Origin: an uncultured Candidatus Rokubacteria bacterium
GTDB taxonomy: Bacteria > Methylomirabilota > Methylomirabilia > Rokubacteriales > CSP1-6
DNA: 64,000 nt
Reading direction: 5' to 3'
Assembly: GCA_963771355.1 (NCBI GenBank)
Contig: CAVYTA010000006.1
Location: 2,144,001 to 2,208,000 of the forward strand
Shown: one piece after another, positions 58,058 through 64,000 of the stretch
Layout: the number at the start of each line of letters is the position of its first letter
Numbering within the stretch: position 1 is the stretch's first letter
The notes under the pieces: generated by a model
What the model was told of the DNA's origin: nothing
The model's input: only the letters and a program-made list of their open reading frames with translations
Database searches by the model: none
Made by a program: the position numbers and the translations under genes

Positions 58058-58306
58058 TCAGGACACGCGGGCCAGGATTTCCCGGATCCGCCAGCGCTTG
58101 TCCTTGGAAATGGGCCGCGTCTCCTCGATCAGCACGCGATCGCCCGTCTTGCTCGCATTGGTCTCGTCGTGGGCCTTGAACCGCCTCGCGCGCCGCACCA
58201 CGCGCTCGTAGCGGGGATGACGGTAGACGCGCTCGATCAGCACCACGCGGGTCTTGGTCATCTTGTCGCTCACCACCACGCCTTCCCGGGTCTTCCTCTC
58301 GCCCAC
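58058..58306 (-). CDS. rpsQ: 30S ribosomal protein S17
   Basis: [22 protein letters not shown]. Confidence 0.97.
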   Translation of the reverse strand: MGERKTREGVVVSDKMTKTRVVLIERVYRHPRYERVVRRARRFKAHDETNASKTGDRVLIEETRPISKDKRWRIREILARVS

Positions 58307-58317
58307 TGGGGGCCTCC

Positions 58318-58515
58318 TTACGCCTTCGCCTGGGTGCGCTCGCGGAGGATCGTCTGGATCCGGGCGAGATCGCGCCGGGCCTGGCCCACGCGGGACGGGT
58401 TCTTGGCCACCCCCATGGACAGCTGGAACCGCAGGTTGAAGAGCTCCTCGGCGAGCTCCTTGCCCTTGTCCTTCAGCTCGTCCTCGGACATCTCACGCCA
58501 CTTCGTCGCCTTCAT
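58318..58515 (-). CDS. rpmC: 50S ribosomal protein L29
   Basis: ELFNLRFQ, RRDLARIQT. Confidence 0.96.
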   Translation of the reverse strand: MKATKWREMSEDELKDKGKELAEELFNLRFQLSMGVAKNPSRVGQARRDLARIQTILRERTQAKA

Positions 58516-58522
58516 GATCCCC

Positions 58523-58939
58523 TCAGAGCGCCCGGGTGCGGGACACGAACTTGGTCTTGATGCCGAGCTTCTGGGCGGCGAGACGGAAGCCGTCCTTCGC
58601 CGTCGCCTCGTCCACGCCCTCCATCTCGTAGAGGATGCGGCCGGGCTTCACCACCGCCACCCAGAACTCGGGATTCCCCTTGCCCTTGCCCATCCGCGTC
58701 TCCGCGGGCTTCTTGGTCACCGGCTTGTCCGGGAAGATCCGGATGAAGATCTTGCCGCCGCGTTTCACGCTGCGGGCCAGCGTCACGCGGGCGGCCTCGA
58801 TCTGGCGATTGGTCACCCACGCCGGCTCCAGCGCCTTCAGCCCGAAGTCCCCGAAGGCCAGGGTCGACCCGCGGTGGGCCTTGCCCTTCATGCGCCCACG
58901 CTGGGCCTTCCGGTACTTGACGCGCTTGGGCATCAGCAT
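58523..58939 (-). CDS. rplP: 50S ribosomal protein L16
   Basis: [20 protein letters not shown]. Confidence 0.98.
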   Translation of the reverse strand: MLMPKRVKYRKAQRGRMKGKAHRGSTLAFGDFGLKALEPAWVTNRQIEAARVTLARSVKRGGKIFIRIFPDKPVTKKPAETRMGKGKGNPEFWVAVVKPGRILYEMEGVDEATAKDGFRLAAQKLGIKTKFVSRTRAL

Positions 58940-58943
58940 GGAA

Positions 58944-59594
58944 TCAGGCCTCGGCGGTCCGCTGGGTGGTGGGAAGCACCTCGCCCTTGAAGATCCACAC
59001 CTTCACGCCGATGGCGCCGAAGGTGGTGTGCGCCTCCGCCAGCCCATAGTCGATGTCGGCGCGGAGCGTGTGCAGCGGCACCCGCCCGTCCCGGTACCAC
59101 TCCCGGCGCGCGATCTCGGCGCCGCCCAGGCGGCCCGAGCAGGCGATCCGGATCCCGTCCGCCCCCAGGCGCAGCGCGGAGGTGACCGCCTTCTTCATGG
59201 CGCGACGGAAGGCCACCCTCTTCTGGAGCTGGAGGGCCACGTTCTCCGCCACCAGCTGCGCGTCCAGCTCGGGATGGACCACCTCCTCGATGTTGAGGTG
59301 GACCTCCTTCTGGGTGCGGCTCTGGATCTCGTTCTTGAGCTTTTCCACCTCGGCACCCTTCCGGCCGATGATGATGCCCGGGCGCGCGGTGTAGATGGAG
59401 ATCCGCGCCCGGTTCGCCGAGCGCTCGATGTCGATCCGCGAGATGCCCGCGTGGTAGAGCGCGGACTTGATGAACTTGCGGATCTTCACGTCCTCGTGGA
59501 GCAGGCCCGCGTAGCCCTTGGTGGCGAACCACCGCGAGCTCCACGTGCGCGTGGTTCCCAGCCGGAATCCGATCGGATGCGTCTTCTGCCCCAT
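58944..59594 (-). CDS. rpsC: 30S ribosomal protein S3
   Basis: [27 protein letters not shown]. Confidence 0.98.
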   Translation of the reverse strand: MGQKTHPIGFRLGTTRTWSSRWFATKGYAGLLHEDVKIRKFIKSALYHAGISRIDIERSANRARISIYTARPGIIIGRKGAEVEKLKNEIQSRTQKEVHLNIEEVVHPELDAQLVAENVALQLQKRVAFRRAMKKAVTSALRLGADGIRIACSGRLGGAEIARREWYRDGRVPLHTLRADIDYGLAEAHTTFGAIGVKVWIFKGEVLPTTQRTAEA

Positions 59595-59596
59595 GG

Positions 59597-59968
59597 TTAC
59601 CTCGTCGCTCCCCTCCGCACCCGGGGGCGCGGCGTCTCGTCGGACAGCTCGATGGTGAGATGGCTCGTCCGGTGCTTGATGAAGTAGGCCCGCCCCATCG
59701 CCCGGGGGGACACGCGCTTCAGCGACGGGCCCCCGTCGGCGATCGCCTTGACCACCCGGAGGTCGTCGAGGTTGCGCACCTGGTGGTTGTGCTCGGCGTT
59801 GGCGATGGCGGAGCGCAGGACCTTTTCGATGAGCCGCGCCGCCGCCTTCTCCGCGAACTGGAGGGTGGTGAGCGCCTCGCCCACCGACTTGCCGCGGATG
59901 TGCTCGAGCACCAGCCGCGCCTTGCTGGCGGGGACCCGGATGTAGCGCGCGGTCGCCTGCGTCTTCAT
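59597..59968 (-). CDS. rplV: 50S ribosomal protein L22
   Basis: [22 protein letters not shown]. Confidence 0.97.
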   Translation of the reverse strand: MKTQATARYIRVPASKARLVLEHIRGKSVGEALTTLQFAEKAAARLIEKVLRSAIANAEHNHQVRNLDDLRVVKAIADGGPSLKRVSPRAMGRAYFIKHRTSHLTIELSDETPRPRVRRGATR

Positions 59969-59975
59969 GCCGTCC

Positions 59976-60269
59976 TCACGACTTCCCGGTGGGGGAGGTG
60001 GTCGCCTTCTCGGCGGCGCCGTGGGCCTTGAAGGTGCGCGTGAGGGCGAACTCCCCGAGCCGGTGCCCCACCATGTTCTCGGTGATGTAGACCGGGATGA
60101 ACTTCCTCCCGTTGTGGACGGCGAGCGTGTGCCCCACGAATTCCGGCGTGATGGTGGACCGCCGCGACCAGGTCTTCAGCACCTTCTTCTGCCGGGACCG
60201 GTTCAGCTCGTCGATGCGGCCCTGCAGCCGCAGGTCGACGAAAGGTCCCTTGCTCAGCGAGCGTCCCAT
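59976..60269 (-). CDS. rpsS: 30S ribosomal protein S19
   Basis: [19 protein letters not shown]. Confidence 0.98.
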   Translation of the reverse strand: MGRSLSKGPFVDLRLQGRIDELNRSRQKKVLKTWSRRSTITPEFVGHTLAVHNGRKFIPVYITENMVGHRLGEFALTRTFKAHGAAEKATTSPTGKS

Positions 60270-60281
60270 GTTCGGCCTCTC

Positions 60282-61106
60282 CTACTTGGTCCGGCGGGTG
60301 ACGATGTAGCGATCCGACGGCCGCGCGCCCCGCCGGGTCTTGTAGCCCTTGGTGGGCTTGCCCCAGGGGGTCATCGGGTGATTGCCCTTGCCCTTGCCCT
60401 CGCCGCCGCCCATCGGATGGTCCACCGGGTTCATGACGGTGCCGCGCACGGTGGGCCGGAAGCCCTTCCAGCGCACGCGCCCCGCCTTGCCCACGGACAC
60501 GTTCTCGTGATCGAGGTTTCCCACCTGGCCCACGGTGGCCATGCAGTCCAGGGCCACCCGCCGCACTTCCCCGGAGGGCAGCTTGAGGTTGCCGTAGTCG
60601 CCTTCCTTGGCCAGGACCTGCGCCAGCGTGCCCGCGCTGCGACAGAGCTGCCCGCCCTTGCCCGGCTGGAGCTCGACGTTGTGCACGAGCGTGCCGAGCG
60701 GGATGTTCCGGATGGGGAGCGCGTTGCCGGGCAGGATGTCGGCTTGCGGGCCGGACATCACGATGTCCCCCGGCTTGAGCCCCAGCGGGGCGATGATGTA
60801 GCGCTTCTCGCCGTCCCGGTACTGGAGCAGCGCGATCCGCGCGGAGCGGCCCGGATCGTACTCGATCCCCACCACCTTGGCGGGGATTCCGAGCTTCTCG
60901 CGCCGGAAGTCCACGTCGCGGAGCATGCGCTTGGCGCCGCCCCCCCGGTGCCGCACGGTGATCCGGCCATAGGAGTTCCGCCCATTGGTGCGGCGCTTGG
61001 GCGAGAGCAGGCTCTTCTCCGGCGTCTTCTTGGTGATCTCCTCGTTGGTGAGGAGGGTCATGTAGCGCCGCGCGGGCGAGGTCGGCTTCAGCGTCCGGAT
61101 TCCCAT
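60282..61106 (-). CDS. rplB: 50S ribosomal protein L2
   Basis: [32 protein letters not shown]. Confidence 0.98.
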   Translation of the reverse strand: MGIRTLKPTSPARRYMTLLTNEEITKKTPEKSLLSPKRRTNGRNSYGRITVRHRGGGAKRMLRDVDFRREKLGIPAKVVGIEYDPGRSARIALLQYRDGEKRYIIAPLGLKPGDIVMSGPQADILPGNALPIRNIPLGTLVHNVELQPGKGGQLCRSAGTLAQVLAKEGDYGNLKLPSGEVRRVALDCMATVGQVGNLDHENVSVGKAGRVRWKGFRPTVRGTVMNPVDHPMGGGEGKGKGNHPMTPWGKPTKGYKTRRGARPSDRYIVTRRTK

Positions 61107-61111
61107 CGGTC

Positions 61112-61402
61112 TCAGACTCCCTCGACCAGCTCGATCTTGTGGCCGGGCTGGAGCGTCACGATGGCCTTCTTCCAGTCGGAGCGCTGGCCCTCGAAGCGGC
61201 CCATCCGCTTCCACTTGCCCTGAACGGACGTCGTGCGCACGTCGGCCACCTTGACGTTGAAGACCCGCTCCACCGCCTGGCGGATCTCGACCTTGTTGGC
61301 ATCCTTCGCCACCTCGAACGTCACGCTGTTCTGCTCTTCCTTCTGGCGCATGCTCTTCTCGGTCATGAGCGGCCGGTACAGCACGGAGCGGGGGTCTCTC
61401 AT
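61112..61402 (-). CDS. rplW: 50S ribosomal protein L23
   Basis: [26 protein letters not shown]. Confidence 0.97.
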   Translation of the reverse strand: MRDPRSVLYRPLMTEKSMRQKEEQNSVTFEVAKDANKVEIRQAVERVFNVKVADVRTTSVQGKWKRMGRFEGQRSDWKKAIVTLQPGHKIELVEGV

Positions 61403-62028
61403 TACCCGAGCGCCTCCTGCAGGGCGACCACCGCCGCCCGCTCCACGATGACCCGCGCGTGACGGACCAGCTGGTACGCCGAGGTATGGGAGGCGGTGGT
61501 GACCTGCAGCCACGGGATATTGCGAGCGGCCCGCTCCACGTCGGCGCTGCGCTGAGCGAGCACGAGGAGCGTGGGCACTCCCGCCGCCCCCAGCCCCTTG
61601 AGCGAGGCCACCAGGGTCTTGGTCTTCACGTCGCCGAGGGTCATCCGCTCCACCACCGCCAGCTCATCCGCCGCCACCTTCCCCGCGAGGGCGGACCGCA
61701 GCGCGATCCGGCGCATCTCGGTGGGAAGGTCCTTGTGGTACTTCCGCGGCCGCGGTCCGAACGGCCGGCCGCCGCCCTTCCACTGGGTGGCGCGGATGGA
61801 GCCCTGACGGGCGCGCCCGGTGCCCTTCTGGCGCCAGGGCTTGCGGCCGCCCCCGCGCACCTCGCTGCGCCCGAGGGTCGAGTGCGTGCCCGCGCGCCGG
61901 TCGGCCAGCTCGCGCACCACCGCCTGATGGAGCACCGGCATCTTCACCGGGCCGCCGAAGACCTCGGCGGCGAGCTCGAGGGTGCCGGTGGACTTGCCCG
62001 CCGCATCGAGAATGGGAAGGGTCGGCAT
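61402..62028 (-). CDS. rplD: 50S ribosomal protein L4
   Basis: [15 protein letters not shown]. Confidence 0.98.
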   Translation of the reverse strand: MPTLPILDAAGKSTGTLELAAEVFGGPVKMPVLHQAVVRELADRRAGTHSTLGRSEVRGGGRKPWRQKGTGRARQGSIRATQWKGGGRPFGPRPRKYHKDLPTEMRRIALRSALAGKVAADELAVVERMTLGDVKTKTLVASLKGLGAAGVPTLLVLAQRSADVERAARNIPWLQVTTASHTSAYQLVRHARVIVERAAVVALQEALG

Positions 62029-62029
62029 G

Positions 62030-62710
62030 CTACTTCGCCCCCTGCGCTTTCTGCCGCTGCGCCTTGGTCTGCTTCACGCTCTTCCGCACCATCACGAAGC
62101 CGCCCCGGGCGCCGGGCACCGCGCCCCGCAGCAGGATGAGGTTCTGCTCGGGGAGCACGCGCACCACCGGCAGGTTGAGGACGGTCCGGCGGTCCCCGCC
62201 CATGCGCCCGGGCAGCGGATGGCCGGGCCACACGCGGGAGGGGTCGGACGACGCGCCGATGGACCCGGGGGCCCGATGGAACATCGATCCGTGGGTGGCG
62301 TCGCCGCCGGACCAGCCGTGGCGCTTGACCCCGCCCTGGAAGCCCTTGCCCTTGGTCACGCCCACCACGTCCACGAACTCGCCCGGGCTGAAGATATCGG
62401 CGGTCAGGGTCTGCCCCACCGTGTAGGGCGCCACCGCCTCGGTCTTCTGCATGCGCATCTCCCGCAGCATCGTCAGCGGCCCGGGCAAGCCGGCTTTCTT
62501 GTAGACCCCCGCCATCGGCTTGGTGACGTTCTTCTTCTTGGCCTCGAAGCCGAGCTGGAGCGCGTCGTAGCCGTGGGTGGCCTTGGTGCGCACGGAGACG
62601 ACCGTGCAGGGGCCGAGCTGGACCACGGTGACCGGGATCATGTTCCCGTCGTCGCCGAAGACCTGCGTCATGCCCACTTTCCGGCCGATCAGTCCTTCCT
62701 TCATTGCCAT
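62030..62710 (-). CDS. rplC: 50S ribosomal protein L3
   Basis: GRKVGMTQVF, KGKGFQG, HRAPGSIG. Confidence 0.98.
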   Translation of the reverse strand: MAMKEGLIGRKVGMTQVFGDDGNMIPVTVVQLGPCTVVSVRTKATHGYDALQLGFEAKKKNVTKPMAGVYKKAGLPGPLTMLREMRMQKTEAVAPYTVGQTLTADIFSPGEFVDVVGVTKGKGFQGGVKRHGWSGGDATHGSMFHRAPGSIGASSDPSRVWPGHPLPGRMGGDRRTVLNLPVVRVLPEQNLILLRGAVPGARGGFVMVRKSVKQTKAQRQKAQGAK

Positions 62711-62740
62711 GATTGGAGTCTCGCTGTCCGGGGGAGGGCT

Positions 62741-63061
62741 CTAGAGCTTGATCTCGACGTCCACGCCGCTGGGGAGCTCGAGCTTCATGAGCGCGTCCAC
62801 CGTCTGGGGCGTGGGATCGAGGATGTCGAGGAGCCGCTTGTGGGTCCGCATCTCGAACTGCTCGCGTGAGGTCTTGTCCACGTGCGGCGAGCGGAGCACC
62901 GTCCAGCGGTTGATCATGGTGGGCAGGAGCACGGGCCCGGTCACGCGCGCGCCGGTACGCCGCACCGTCTCCACGATCTCCTTCATGGAGCGGTCGAGGA
63001 GGTGGTGGTCGTACGCCTTGAGCCGGATGCGGATCTTCTGGTCGGTGGTCAGGGTCCCCAT
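62741..63061 (-). CDS. rpsJ: 30S ribosomal protein S10
   Basis: [25 protein letters not shown]. Confidence 0.98.
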   Translation of the reverse strand: MGTLTTDQKIRIRLKAYDHHLLDRSMKEIVETVRRTGARVTGPVLLPTMINRWTVLRSPHVDKTSREQFEMRTHKRLLDILDPTPQTVDALMKLELPSGVDVEIKL

Positions 63062-63065
63062 GCCG

Positions 63066-64000
<935 letters not shown>

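Overview
High-GC bacterial chromosome segment. The gene repertoire suggests Candidatus Rokubacteria/Methylomirabilota, but this is inference and was not tested. From left to right: (1) the start of a minus-strand nucleotide-sugar operon (TPP-dependent E1 alpha/beta pair, GT2, two NAD-dependent epimerases, one frameshifted). (2) A five-gene cluster: class III aminotransferase, cupin, CADD/PqqC-like heme-oxygenase-like diiron protein, Rieske ferredoxin, GlcG/HbpS protein. (3) A ~17 kb type IV pilus chemosensory locus joined to an MglA/MglB GTPase module, up to six roadblock domains in unusual fusions, and a PilB ATPase. (4) A GT-C-like membrane protein, hydantoinase/oxoprolinase A-methyltransferase-B, and a Liv-type ABC transporter. 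(5) trxA, trpE, trpG, thiL, two CNNM/CorC proteins, dienelactone hydrolase, a P460-family cytochrome fused to a cupredoxin, EamA, a lipoprotein and an SDR. (6) The complete S10-spc-alpha ribosomal superoperon and the 3' part of tuf. The most notable signals are the chemosensory-MglAB-roadblock-PilB locus, the near-total G use at fourfold-degenerate sites confined to tuf, and the diiron/Rieske cluster. I recognised no rRNA, tRNA, CRISPR array or mobile element. All calls come from reading motifs by eye; no database search was run.
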